Numbered from the stretch's first letter, positions 1 to 13,390 are shown. The stretch is DNA of 64,000 nucleotides from Anolis carolinensis (GCF_035594765.1 NC_085841.1:187969574-188033573), one strand, 5' to 3'. A program made the numbers and translations. The notes: generated by a model from the sequence alone, not told the origin.

Positions 1-1380
1 ATCACTTCTATTTCCTAGCAATGCTCTGATTTCACCCTGGCTCTCCACGAGAAGGGAGGAAGAAGGTTCCCTTTAAATCATTGTACTTAATACAGAAGTA
101 CCAATCTACAATTCAAGTCTAATTCTTGCTGGGATGGCACGTCACTAACTAGATTGTATCCATGCAGACTTCAAGAGGGTCTTCACATTAATAAATGCTT
201 GCTCTCTGTATTTAAACAACAAAAACAAAAGTACCAGAAAATAGATGATAACCTTTCTATAGGCAATTATTTATTTGCTTGGTATGAAGACCTACTTTCA
301 CTCTGAAATGGTACATACAAGCCCAAAATGTAGTGGCTGGTGTGCACTGTGACTTACGTTTACTGAAGTCTATCATTGTGTACATTTTAGGTTTTGTATA
401 AGAAGCTAGGGAAATGCAAATGTGAAATGAAAAAAAAGATTGGCACAGCCCTATGTTTACTGAAACCAGAGTTTTCGGAACACCAGCTTAAAAGTAATTT
501 TGTTGAACATATGAGATTGTATGGCCTGAGGGATGGATTTTATGAAACTAGCTGGATGTGCTTTCACTCTGCTGTGTTTACTGCGTGAAGCACCTTAACC
601 TGACAGGAACCCAGGCAGCGCCGTCTTCCACGTCAGCACAGCTTTGGGCAATTCATATGCAGTGCCTTACATATTGCAGCTGAAGGACACTGGATGACTT
701 CCACGGGCCTTTTCCATGTCACAAAAGATCATGCATACATTTTGACAAAGTGAGTCCAATTGCCAGGCTGCATCACAGAGACTCCCGTTCTGCTTTAAGC
801 CTGCCAGTGAATCAGGAGACAAGATTGGCATGGCCCCATGGCCCACCCTCCTTCCCTCCTGCTCCTCTGCACCTGTCCTCCTCCTTTACCTGTGCTGTTC
901 CCACTAGTTGTAGCAGCAATCCAGATCTCTCCATGGGCAGAGCAGAAGAACACATGGGATAAACGTTAGCTCCCTGTCTTCCTGAGTTACTGTCAGATTT
1001 CAAAATAGAGGGAGAATTGTCAGTCATTTTCAATATAAGGCATGCTGCCCACATTCTTTAGTGACAAGCATGTGTTTTCAGATTTCAGTTCACTATACTA
1101 TATTGGTTCTTTGCATATTGAGATGTTATTTTTGTTAATGGTAGAGGTGAACACCTATGAAGCAGAATGCATGAGGAGTACTTAAGAGCAGAAGGATATA
1201 TCCCAAGAAACTCTTTTAATAGCTTTAAATATTTATTGGTATACTCTTCTTAACATTTATGGAGATTTTCAATTACCACAATTCCTTCCGTTTACAGAGA
1301 GACGACTCCCTCACAATAAGGAAGAATATATAGAGTTGGTTCATAGTGAACCAATCCAACATTCAGTGTCACCAAATCAT

Positions 1381-1505
1381 TTCAGTAAGGCTTTTGTCAA
1401 AGTTTCCCATGATATTCTTGCACATAGGCTGGTGAATTGTGGGTTAGATAATACTAATTGCTTGACTGACTGAACCCAGAGAGAGTGCACCAGTGCCCAC
1501 TCTTC
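1381..1505 (+). mobile_element. CR1 LINE reverse-transcriptase fragment
   Basis: Translates FSKAFVKVSHDILAHRLVNCGLD, matching the CR1 RT motif (D)FSKAFDKVxHxIL. Confidence 0.7.
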
Positions 1506-3292
1506 ATCCTACTTCAGTTCTTTAAATAAGTAGGGTAGAAATGACAGTGTTCACTGTTAAGTGGAATGGAAAATTGGGTCTCTCTTTCCCTCCCCCCCCC
1601 CTCTCTCTCTTGCAGTTGGCTAAAACATTTTCTCCAGACTAGTTTTATTCTAGAACAGATGAAAAAGGATAGTGGTTTCAGACTTGAATTTATTATCTAT
1701 ATAAGCCCCCCTTGGTGTTCTTTTCCATGTTGTAGAAGATGTCTGTCTGAATACATACTGCAGGACAGAAAGAGCACAACATGTATAGAAGTTATAGCAA
1801 AGCTGACTCTACTATTAGGCAGAGTGAGACAGTCTCAAGAAGCAAATTTTAGTATTATAAAAGAGCAAGAGATTGTTACATCTTTTATTTATTGTTGTCT
1901 TGCTACTGCTGGGAAGATAAGCACTTGTAGGATTTCTTGTCTCTTCTGTCAAAATACTTTGGTTGGCTTTAGGTACCTTATACTTGGCTAGATGGAGAAA
2001 GAGTGCCCTTTAGTTCTCTCACTTATGCAAGAAAAATGTTTTGGGTGTTGCACACTAGCACTGAAACACCTTTTCACCCAGCACCAAACCAGAGTCCAAT
2101 AATTATATCTCAAAATGTTTATTGAAAAAAGCAGATAAAAGGGGGGGGGCAAGTCCAAAAGGGTCAGTAGAATAGAAAGTATAAAATAGCAGTACATAAT
2201 CCAAAAATGCCAAAATACAGAAAGTCAAGATAACCAAAATCCACAGCAGTTCTTCATACATAAATCCATACACCTGAAAACAGGAACTTTTTCAAGGTAA
2301 TCCCTTTCAGGAAACATTGGCATGAAGCAGAACAAGAAACTTGAGAATACTTGAATCAAAGACTTGCGAGCCGAAACAGGAGAGCCATCCCTTATGGCAA
2401 CATTGTCTCTTCTGAGAGGCTTGAAGTCCACACCATTTAATTTAAGCCCGTCCAGGCACCCAAGAAATCAAGCTGAAGACATCTGGCCTTTGAGGTCTTG
2501 TTTCAGATTCTCTGAGAATATCTCATTTGTCTTTCACTCCTTGTGTTCTCAGGCCTAATCTAGTTTCCTGAGAACACTCCCCATCGGCCCAAGGCTTTTA
2601 TTCAAGGGAATTGGAACTTTCACTTTCCCCTGTTACCTGGAAACGAGCACAGGAATCCACATTAGTCTTACCCGCCTGCAACTCTTTCCAATAAGTCACA
2701 GATTCCTCACTCTGAAACCCATCATCCCCCTCATTCTCTGACCTGTCATCAGAAAAACCCTCTACTGCTTGCTGAGCTACAAAATTGGGCTATTCTTGCT
2801 ACTTAATAAACTTCATTTGTTAGGTACAACCATTGACTGCAGCTGGCTCCCCAGAGTCCTAAGTTGTGAATTGGGGCACACAGTACTGTGACCACTGCCT
2901 TGGAAGTTCTTGGATGTATATATCCTTTTGAAATGACACATCACAGGATGAAAAGACAGGATCAGGGCCCAGAGTGACTGAGCAGATTTGAAAAATCTGA
3001 TTAAATAAAATAGAGGGGACAATCTCTCTGTATTTTGACAGCTGATGTATACAAAGATATATACCTTCTTCAAAAATTAACAATCAAACAAGAAAAGTAC
3101 ATGTGTGATTTTAGGTTCTGCCCAATATTGTCTGAGGGGATGGGCCATCCACTTACATCACAGAATTTCCCCTTCTACTCTTATCAACATGTTCTCTAAT
3201 TTTCCTTACTTAGGAGATCTGATTTGGAGGGATTCTGTCTCTCCTGCTGATTTATAGTCAAAGCTGAATATACACTATCTTTTTATCTAGAC

Positions 3293-3427
3293 CAGTGATT
3301 CTCAACCTGTGAGTCCCCAGATGTTTTGGCCTTCAACTCCCAGAAATCCTAACAGCTGGTAAGCTGGCTGGGATTTCTGGGAGTTGTAGGCCAAAACACC
3401 TGGGGACCCACAGGTTGAGAACCACTG
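3293..3427. mobile_element. hAT-type palindromic MITE (~135 bp)
   Basis: TIR CAGTG(G/A)TTCTCAACC; perfect 8-bp TSD ATCTAGAC. Confidence 0.92.
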
Positions 3428-4767
3428 ATCTAGACAAAAGACATAGTACAAATATGGATCACCAACCCTTGTAGTATTTGAAAGATAAATATATTGTTCA
3501 GTTGTGGCCCAATCAACATAGAATTTAATTAATAACATTTCCATTATCTTTACATCCGGTCTGCCTTAAGACCTCACAAATCATTAAATAGATTCAAAAG
3601 ACTATGTCTTTTCAGAGGAAGCTTCCTCCCCAATCAGCTAGGTCTACCTTTATGTACACATATTGTTATGTTTGTTCATCTGTCTATCTATCTATCTGTC
3701 TATCTATTCCTCTGATTTCTGCAACAAATCTATGAAAGATGGAGGGGAAAGCAATTCCAAAAGATGTCTGTTTGAAACTCAACAGGATCTTTCATGGGAT
3801 TGGGGGGATATTTTTTCCTCCTTTTGCCTTTAATCAGTATGGGTTCACCCATATTCTCTGCACTTCACTCTTGGTGTAATGTTGGATTGCACTATCTGAG
3901 AATCCAGACCTTGAAGTGCCAGTGACTTAGCTACAAGTGGCTGGTGATTAAACTGTCATTTGTGCTTCTCATTCCTCTGCTGCCTGGGTGGCAAAGCAGG
4001 GAGATCAACTAGAGATATTTACATCATTTGTCACTGTGCAGGACAGTTTGTACTTGCTCAGCTTCCCAAAGGAGATGGGCAGCTTTATTACTTCAATGTT
4101 GTTTTATGGCTTCTTCAGTAAACTTTTTGTCTCTGTGTTTGAAGTCAGGCACCATTCAGGCTAGAGAATTAAATAAACGTTGCTAAGGATACATTTTGGG
4201 GGGGGGGGGGGGATCTAGGAAGACAGTGAGAGTGGCTGGGGATGAGGCATATCTGAAATGATCTGAATCCATATTGCCCTGCTCCTTTTCCTACAGTTTT
4301 AAATACAAAGATAATGGCTATGAATATGCTCCTTTCCATTGTCTCAGGCTTCAGGTGTGCAGATGAGATGGTGGGTGGCCTTGAGATGCAAACCGTAACC
4401 CTTTCCTCACTCTCTCTCATGATCTGTCTCCTGTATTTATGGCTAAACAATGACTAGGATTTGAAGGAATGGCACCTCAATGTTTGGGGGAGCTCTGGAC
4501 CAAGTAGCAAAGCTCATACGTATCCCGGTTCTTAATAATCAGGAACTCCCAAAGATGGAGCCTTTCAAACCAAAGTCACCTGAGAAAGCATCACTCACAA
4601 ACCAATTCTAAGGACTTTCCATTGTCTATCATATGTGTAGGTGATTGTAATTTCATGCTTTTATTACTTTCAGTTCTATGTTTGGTTATTTTATGTGTGG
4701 CACTTCGGAGTGCTTGTAAGTTGTCCCGAGTCCCTTCAAGAAATGGTGGATTATTTGGCGGGGTACA

Positions 4768-4782
4768 AATAATAATAATAAT

Positions 4783-4812
<30 letters not shown>
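4768..4812. repeat. (AAT)n(CAT)n microsatellite on an L2-type 3' tail
   Basis: Direct reading; upstream gtaag...cccgagtcccttc resembles the L2 tail at 60270. Confidence 0.85.
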
Positions 4813-4814
<2 letters not shown>

Positions 4815-4937
4815 CTCAGTAGAGCCAACACACTTTGCAAGGCATGAAGTATGCAAAATTTCAATCTCTCTATGCATCTCAGAAGAGATAGGGCGTGAAA
4901 TGGGTCAGCTGGCCAGAGAAGGGAATAAGGACTCTAA

Positions 4938-5088
4938 GGCCCCTTTTACACTGCCATATAAATTCCAAATTATCTGCTTTGAACTGGATTATATGGCAGT
5001 GTAGACTCTCATAATTCAGTTCAAAGCAGATCATGTGGATTACTATCTGCTTTGATAATCTGTACTATATGGCAGTGTAGAAGGGGCC
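4938..5088. mobile_element. PIF/Harbinger-type MITE
   Basis: TIR GGCCCCTT(C/T)TACACTGCCATATA, TAA TSD. Confidence 0.85.
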
Positions 5089-6765
5089 TAAATTCCACTG
5101 GAGCAAGTTGCCAGGCCACAGCTGTGATCTGAACTGGACAGGTTGTTTTTAAGGATAGAAGCCTTTGGTTCTTCCCAGCTACACATTTCACCCAGGATGT
5201 CCCCCAGACATTGAGGAGGAGAAGGAAGGAGAAAATAAGTATTCTAGAGGGAAACAAAAGCTACTCCACCATGATCCCAGATTATTTGAAACACATCTTT
5301 TCAGACCTCTTTAGAGAAATGTCGAGGGTGAGAGGGGGGTGGAGGAAAGATGATGATAGTCAGGAACAGGACACCCTCCTCTCCCCAGCCTTCTTTGGTG
5401 CCTGGAAGGCATGGGAGGAGAAGACTCCTGCAAGCTGATAGCTGCTAAAGCAAAGCTTGCTGATAAAGGTTTCCTAGTTATGACTGGAACAGGCTCAGTG
5501 GAGGCTTTGCTGCACGTTCCCGCTCTAGTTCATTCCACTTTGTTGCTGAAGGGTTGTCTCTTGTGGAGGGCAAGAAGAAAGGTCATCTTTCCATTACCCT
5601 CTCCAATAAATGGCCTCTCAGTGGAAAGGGAGGTCACTTGCTGATGGCTGTGATGGTGGCTTGGAGCTCATGTGCGTGAGGAAGGATGGTACACATTGAA
5701 ATTCCTCTTCCCTCTCTCTTACGAATGCCCACGTGGCTGCTTATTTTCTTTTCTTGGAGAAGCTTTTGGTCTGGATGTCATTCTAAACCTTTTTCTGGGC
5801 ACTATCATTTCCGTCCATATTAAGCGCACTGAACTCCAAACTGACCTGTTGCACAGTTAGACTGCACTAAGAGGATTGAAAGCATCTTGCTGTAATCGTA
5901 TAGCACATTCCTGTGCTAGATGTATTTTATGTTCACCAGACTTAGTGCCAAGTAAGTGGACATAGGATTACAGTTTTAGAAATAGTAGATTTATACAAAC
6001 CTTTCCTTGTAGAGTTTATACTCATGGATTGTTGGGTTTATAGCTATGCATAACATCTCTCCCTGTTTTGTTTTCCCCTTGGATTATTCTGAGCATGTAT
6101 GGAACACACACAGACTTAGTTGCCAAGCAGCAGTATTTACTGGCAATAGTAAATGAACACTAGCTTGCTGAAGCCAAGAAGCAGCCATTTAAGGGAACTA
6201 TATATTTTGCATGTCTAGAAGCAGAGTAGATTGGTGGGGGCTGCGGTATGACCCACCCACTTGGAAAGAATGAGCCACTTGCAGAAACATGTCAAGGTCC
6301 TCTTAACCTCACATCACTTCACCTTGTCCTGAAACAGGTACTCTGGCATTGCGCTTATTCTGTTCCCTGTGACAACATGCTCTTAAACAGTTTGTCACCT
6401 ATAAACATAACTTGTGAGCACATATGTAAAACATAAAAGTACGAAGAGCCCATAACATGCACTTTTCCAAATCAAGGAAGACCAAGTGGCACATTCATAT
6501 ATGGCTTGTTCATGTTTCTCTCCTGTTACCTGTCTGAATTTTACCATGACAGTGACACACAATGGCGGGGAGATGTTCCACTATCCCCAGCTTGCACCAG
6601 TTGCTTCAGGCATATGATTTCTTTTCTTTTCCCTACTCAGATATCAAATCTGAGTAGGGAAAAAAGAATGTGGAACAGCAAAGCACAGGGAAGTTTGGTG
6701 AGAGGTGGCAGATTTAGCTCAATTCAGTGATGTGATCATTTTGCTTAAATGACAAGTATAACTCA

Positions 6766-6894
6766 GGCCCCTTCTATACTGCCATATAATTCAGATTATC
6801 AAAGCAGATAATCCACTTTATCTGCTTTGATATGAGTCTACACTGCCATATAATCTAGTTAATCTGGATTTTATATGGCAGTGTCCAAGGGACC
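6766..6894. mobile_element. PIF/Harbinger-type MITE (same family)
   Basis: Same TIR, TCA TSD. Confidence 0.8.
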
Positions 6895-8428
6895 TCAGTT
6901 AATGAACTAGATGTGTTTCTGAGTCTTAGGTTTTTTTTTAACTGGGACCCAGAAACATATCTAGTTCATTAACTGAGATAGAAATGTATCAGAGATAGAA
7001 ATTGCATAAATGGGATATGTTGCTGCACCAAAATAAATCAAAAGAGCACTTCAACTTATTTCACAATCATTTTATTCAAAACGAGCCATAACTTAACATC
7101 CAAGTGGCCAATGTTACAGATCTATGCTTTTTTAACATGCTGGAGGTAAATGATGAGGCTTCTCCCCCCCCCCCCCCTTTTTTTTTTTTTATCTTGCTGT
7201 TCACAAATGTTCAGTAAGGGATTCTGGAGGTAATCTACTGTTTACCTTATTTGCAAGTACTGTACACACTTCTACAGTATGGTCAACTAGAATAGAATCT
7301 TCTTCTTCACCCTGTCAAGCTTTATTATATATATTGTTTACTACAGACACTCCTGCTCCCAAAATCTGCTTCTTCATTCCTCTTTCAACATCCAGTTTTG
7401 AAAATGCTAAAAAAAGAAAAAAAATCCAGCTAGACAAAGGAGAAGGGAAAGGAAACTGGATATTGTAAAAAGGATCTTGAAAAGTTATTTTGTAATCGTT
7501 TACTGGATACTAGTCCTTTCCTCCATAATTCCTACCAGTGCAAGAAATTGGCCCTTCGCATGCATGGATCTTAGCGGGCAGTACCCATACAAAAGTGGAA
7601 AAGACATGAATGCAGGGATGTGGGGGCATTATAAGAGGGACTATAAGACCTGTTGCTCTCATTACAATGGTTTAGTAATGGTGAGGCTGTGGACCATATT
7701 TCAGTTCTTGAGGACCACTGGTGGCCCACAGACCACAGATTGGGAACCACTGCTGTATACAGATGGGAATATATTTGAAGTTTTAGGCTCCCATTTGTGT
7801 ATTAATCTACTAAAGCTTTAGTTGATTAATTGCAATAAAGGTTTAGTCAATGATGGGATAGAAATGCATGTTAAAGGCATCCCTGTTTGGGGACTTCAGC
7901 TGTAGGACATGAAAGAGATTTTTTTACACCATTTAATATATTTAAGAAGGTCTTTCCTTTTGACAAATGCCGCTTTCAGTTATTAAGTTGTACGTTTTGT
8001 TTTATACATTCATTAGTATCTCAAAAAGACATTTAATCAAGATGCTGGTGATCTACACTTTGATTTAAGTCTAATCAATTAGTTAAATGCCAAGTGATTA
8101 ATAATCAGAGTATAATCCTATACTTCTGTACTCAGAAATAATTCAAGATGACTTCACTGGGGCTTTCCTCCCAAATAAATGGGTAGATAATTGCAATGCA
8201 TGTAAAATTCTTTAAATGTCTGACAGCCCAAGTGTGTATCTTCTAATACATGGGAATGGGATAACTTAAATCTTTCAGCAAAAATAAATCATGGGATTCC
8301 AAGACACTTGTTAACCCTGGATTTCTAGTTTGCAGTAATTGTTAGGCCTGACATTACCACCAATACACTGCAGATATCGTTAGATAGCAATCATAGATCT
8401 ACATACGTGAGAGTAAGACCCATGAACA

Positions 8429-8429
<1 letters not shown>

Positions 8430-8481
<52 letters not shown>

Positions 8482-9510
8482 CAACAATAATAATATAATA
8501 CTTTATTTTTATACCCCGCCTCCATCTCCCCGAAGGGACTCGGGGCAGCTTACATGGAGCCAAGCCTGGATAAAACAAGAGAACATATAAAAACATCAGA
8601 ATACAGACACAGCTATTAAAATCCAACACTCTAAACATAACAAAAAATAAAATAAAATAATAGTCATATTAGGTAAAGGTAAAGGTTTCCCCTGACATTA
8701 AGTCCAGTCATGTGTGACTCTGGGGGTTGGTGCTCATCTCAATTTTTAAGCCGAAGAGCCGGCGTTGTCCGTAGACATCTCCAAGGTCATGTGGCCAGCA
8801 TGACTGCATGGAGCGCCGTTCCTGCCGGAGCGGTACCTATTGATCTACTCACATTTGCATGTTTTCGAACTGCTAGGGGCTAACAGCGGGCGCTCATTCC
8901 GCTCCTGGTATTTGAACCTGGGACCTTTTGGTCTGCAAGTTCAGCAGCTCAGTGCTTTAACACACTTCGCCACCGGGGCTCCTAATAATCATATTAAGAA
9001 CATATTAAAACATGGATTTGGCACCCAAGTAAAAAGGATAAAAATGAACTGGGTAAAGTGCACTGAGTAAATATTATATCATGAGGTAGTTGAATAAATA
9101 CAACCATCAATAAAAGAGAAACTTGGGAGGGGCGGATTCTGTGACTATAAACAGATAGGATAAGATAAGGAGGAGATTGCCGCAGATATAGGGTCTCTCA
9201 TGGGGATGGTGAGTTCATTCTCCAAAGGCCTGTTGGAAGAGCCAAGTTTTTAGGCTCTTCCTAAATATTGCCAGGGTGGAGGCTTGTCTAATCTCCCTGG
9301 GGAGCGAGTTCCAGAGCCGGGGGGCCACCACAGAGAAGGCCCTCTCCCTCGTCCCCACCAGTCACGCTTGTGACGGGGGGTGAAAGTGAGAGGAGGGCCT
9401 CCCCCGACAAACCAAGAGAAAGTGCAGATTCATAGGGAGAAGGGCAGTCACAAATGTAGGCAGGTCCCGAACTGTTTAGGGCTTTGTAAGTGATCACCTG
9501 AACCTTGAAT
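8430..9510 (-). mobile_element. 5'-truncated L2-clade LINE with (TTA)n tail, interrupted by a Sauria SINE
   Basis: Minus strand ITYKALNSSGPAY...EALLSL matches the L2 copy at 59618; same 3'UTR and tail. Confidence 0.85.
8672..8982 (-). mobile_element. Sauria SINE
   Basis: (ACCTTT)n tail, tRNA-like head, 14-bp TSD TAATA(G/A)TCATATTA. Confidence 0.92.
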
Positions 9511-10163
9511 ATACTGTAAGTGACTTTGATTTAGCTGTGATTTCAAAAAGGGTTACCAAATGGATACACAACTCCATTCAGAAGATTGGAGTAGGAATTG
9601 GGGAGACGGGGACAGATTTAAGGTCTCTAGGTCTCCATGCATGATGGCCTGTGGAAAATCAAAGTCTTGCCTGCAGATTCTTCTCTGCCTCCTTTTCCCA
9701 CAGGAATGAAGCATGTTTTCCCTCTCAGTATCTTCCTTGTGATCCTGTCACAACCTCCTTCATATGTTGCAATTAAACTCTTGTCACTTGTTTGAAAATG
9801 TGATATGTTTTGTCATTGCTTGACAAACAAGTGTCACATTGCAACAAGACTCAGCTGATTGGGGGAGGGGGGAGCTGTTTCCACCAAGTAGAATGGCTAT
9901 TAACAAAATTTACCCCCTCCCCAACTGCCTAATTAATGAAGTGCTTTAATTTGCCTGCTTGTCAAAAACCCAAATGCTGTTCCCACCAAGAGGGAAGGCT
10001 CGGTCATGCAGACTGTGTTTAAGCCGCTCAAAGCTCTGAAACGCATGTGCGTATGTGTGTGTATATCTATATCTCTTTTTGCGTATGCATGTGTGTGTGT
10101 GCGTGTGTTTTTTATTAGCCCGCATGCATCCCACCTAGCAACGTTCTTCTGTCTCTCCCCCAG

Positions 10164-10450
10164 GGGGCACCCTTCTGCCAGGGAGCGAGCCCACGGTGGA
10201 CACGGTGTCAGTGCAGCCCATCCCAGCCTACTGGTATTACGTTATGGCCGCCGGAGGTGCTGTTCTGGTTCTGGTCTCCGTCGCGCTGGCCCTTGTGCTC
10301 CACTACCACCGGTTCCGCTATGCGGCCAAGAAGAGTGATCACTCCATCACCTACAAAACCTCCCACTATGCCAACGGGGCCCCTCTGGCTGTGGAGCCAA
10401 CCTTAACAATAAAACTAGAGCAAGACCGCAGCTCCTCCTCGCATTGCTGA
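10164..10450 (+). CDS. NRP2: Neuropilin-2 isoform b terminal coding exon (TM helix + NRP2b cytoplasmic tail)
   Basis: Polypyrimidine tract + CAG at 10161-63; phase-1 exon reads (G)GTLLPGSEPTVDTVSVQPIPAYWYYVMAAGGAVLVLVSVALALVLHYHRFRYAAKKSDHSITYKTSHYANGAPLAVEPTLTIKLEQDRSSSSHC*, nearly identical to the mammalian NRP2b C-terminus. Confidence 0.97.
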
Positions 10451-12975
10451 GAGTGGAACAGGAACACAAAACAGATAAACAATTTAAGACTTCAAATACG
10501 TTGCCTCAATTTTGCACTTTTCTCCTTACCCAGCATATATGTGAACTCAAGACATCTCCTTCCCCGACCCCTTTGTTCTTTGACAAACTCTTAACTATAA
10601 TGCTGCATCTTGGACCGCAAGAAGAGACTCACCTCTCCCTGTCTCTGAAAGTGAATGCTCCTTTATTTTTTTCAAAGACTTCTTTTCCCCCTCTTTTTTG
10701 GTCCCCAAATAGACAACTTGCAAGAAAACTCAATAGTGAGTCAGGAGGGGTATGCAAGAGAAGGTGTGTGCGTGCTTGTATACCTGTATCTATATCTATA
10801 TGTATGTAAGTATGCATGTGTGTGTGATATTGACTGGATGACTATTTGGAAGGGTCCTTTGGGACTTGCTTGTCCTGTGATGACTTTCACAGGGAGTGCT
10901 TTTTTTCTGCTCTGCCTCATGGAAGGCCCGGAATACCTTTTTAATGACAAATACACTGATTTGTTTACTTGGAGAAGTGAGCGATGATTTTTGTTGCCTT
11001 ATCTAGCTCTGGCTGGGTTTATGTTGGATATCCTTAAGAATGTCAGCAGGTTCAGACTGGTGGAGTTTGAAAAAAGAAAAAGGACAGGCTGAGCCAAAAA
11101 AAAAAAAATGGCAAGCCAAAAAAGAAACGGAAAAGGGGGGAGGAGGAAAAGCCACAGTGGATGATGGGAAGAAAGAGAAAGGCTTGGAGATGGTTCAATC
11201 TAAGATTTTACAATATGTTTTTCCCAGACATCACAAAAACATAGCCATCGTTTGGGTAATTAATCCCTCAACAAAACAAAATCTTTTTCAAGTTGCCTTA
11301 AGAAAGAGAAGCTCATTCTGCATGTTCAGTTTATCTGTTAAACCCAGCCTTAGAATAATGCATAGATATCAATATAGTTGAAGGTTTTGGAAAATGCTGT
11401 GGCTCCCTACATATGAGGTTCATGTATTGCGATAAACTTCACTCTTAGCAATACTTTTCTTTCTTTCTTTTTTGTGAGAGTAAGGAAATTTCTTCCTTGT
11501 ATTTTTACTAGTAATTTACAAAAGATAAAGAACATTTTCCCCCCTGAGTTTATCTCTCCAAGTTCCCGTAGATGGCTGGCTGACACAGTTAAACATTTGT
11601 TGGCCATGTTGCTTCTTAAGGTGTTGGTAATGACATCTGTCAACCAAAGCCCCAAGAATAGGGCCTGCTAAAATCCAGATATCTCTGCATCTTTTAACGA
11701 AGGAGGCATAATGGAGTCCGTGATAAGCCTCGTATCTATTGATTTGCTCTGAAGTAATGCAATGGAAATGCCTTATATAGATTAACAAGTGATAACACAC
11801 AAAGGTGGTTGGATTCGTTCAATCTGATTTATTTTCAGGCAAAATACATCTCCACTGAACACAATTTCCCAGCGTTGTTTGGGTTTTAATAAAAATCCAG
11901 TCATGACTAGTTATACCCTTCTGAAAATATCGATTCACCTTTTCTTCCTTGTGATAAGAGAATTTCAGAACAGTAGCATTGTCGCATGAGGGTGAATGCC
12001 ATTGGGAGGGGGCTTCTCGTTTACCAATTCAAGTGAACTTGTGCAAAAACATTGGTGGCCCTTTCAGCAAATCCAGTTGATTTAATTATGTGGAGAAATT
12101 CCCAGTGGATTGAATCCCACAGGGTTGTCTTAGATCATGAAAGACATAAGAGATTCTTTGCCAGTTCTCAAGAGGAACGTGTTAATGTGGGATGTGTGTC
12201 GCATCCTTCCACCCTGTGTTATTCAGGTAGCATGCTCTAGTGCATGTCGCAAAGTAACTCTGCCAAGATGCTTGCTTAGTTGGGTTAATGACACACAGCG
12301 CTGTCTAGTAGAGAAGCTGTTCTTTAATTAAAGTGCAGAGTTTATATGCAAACAAAAACAAACCATGATATTGTGTGCGGATTAAACTGCACCTAAAAAG
12401 GAGTATGTGAGAGCAGAGCAGTCACATGTCTCCTGCCATAAAATGGGGAGAGGGTAGGCTACAAGGGCCTCTGAGTTACATGAAGAAGTGATCAGGATGT
12501 TCCCTTTAAGATGTGTTTTAGTTGGCTTTGTGGGTCCTAGGAAAATGTATCCCAGTGTGGAAACAATCCATTAACAAGTACGTTGATGTCTGCACCACTG
12601 GTACTTGTGATAGGAAATCCCTAACGTGAAATAAAAGAATGGTGCGTTGAAACTGTCCCCTCCTACTGGTTCTCCTGATCCTGCCCCCTAACAGCAGTTA
12701 AGTGTAAATATATCCAGCAGTCTTTCAGATATCATCCTGGGTCAGAGATCCTCAACGGGGGTGTCTTTACCCTGGTTTTTTATTAAGTATTTTTTTGCCA
12801 AAGACTGCCCTGCCCATTCTCAATTTTTACTGCCACCTTTCCACCCTCCCCTTAGAGCTGTGACATCGTCAGCATCACCCAGTTGCCTGTGTGTGGAAAT
12901 ATCTTGTGGATTTTGAAATTCTTGACAATGTATTGTGTGGAATGTAATAAAATGATGATATTTTTATACATAGAT
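10451..12975 (+). other. NRP2: NRP2b 3'UTR (~2.5 kb, end approximate)
   Basis: Transposon-free stretch from the stop to AATAAA 12946-51; first MITE begins at 13038. Confidence 0.7.
12946..12951 (+). terminator. Likely NRP2b polyadenylation signal
   Basis: AATAAA preceded by TGTA motifs and followed by U-rich tctgtttttcttcttc. Confidence 0.7.
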
Positions 12976-13037
12976 CTGTTTTTCTTCTTCTCCCTGTTGG
13001 ACTGCAACTGCCTTACATCATAAAAAAAAATAACGTA

Positions 13038-13390
13038 CAGTGTTTCCTCACTACTTCACGGTTCACTTTTCGCACCCTTGCTGTTTCGCGGGTTTTCAAT
13101 AAACACTAAAATAATAGTATAAATCATAAAATAACATTATAAATCCCTCTTTCTACTTCCTTCCTAAGGAGAAGACTAAGGAAGGGAGAGAAAAGGAGGC
13201 TAAAGCAGGTTTGTTTTCGCCTCACAAGGCAACGGCAACAGCAGAAGTGCTCATGCGCATGCTTGAGAGGCGAGGAGGCGACAGAGACGCTACTTGCAAA
13301 CAGCACACATATAGTGTCACTACTTTGTGGATTTTCACTTTTTGCAGGTGGTCCTGGAACGTAACCCACACGATAAGTGAGGGAACACTG
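13038..13390. mobile_element. Tc1/pogo (Tigger-like) MITE
   Basis: TIR CAGTGTT(T/C)CCTCACT, TA TSD; second copy near 58540-58872. Confidence 0.85.

Noticed and set aside
1282-1345. Acceptor-like ttccttccgtttacag as a possible exon
   Set aside because: No convincing donor and no NRP2-like peptide
1-9600. Upstream NRP2 exons (MAM domain end and the short EPISAFA exon)
   Set aside because: Not found by eye; they probably lie before the window
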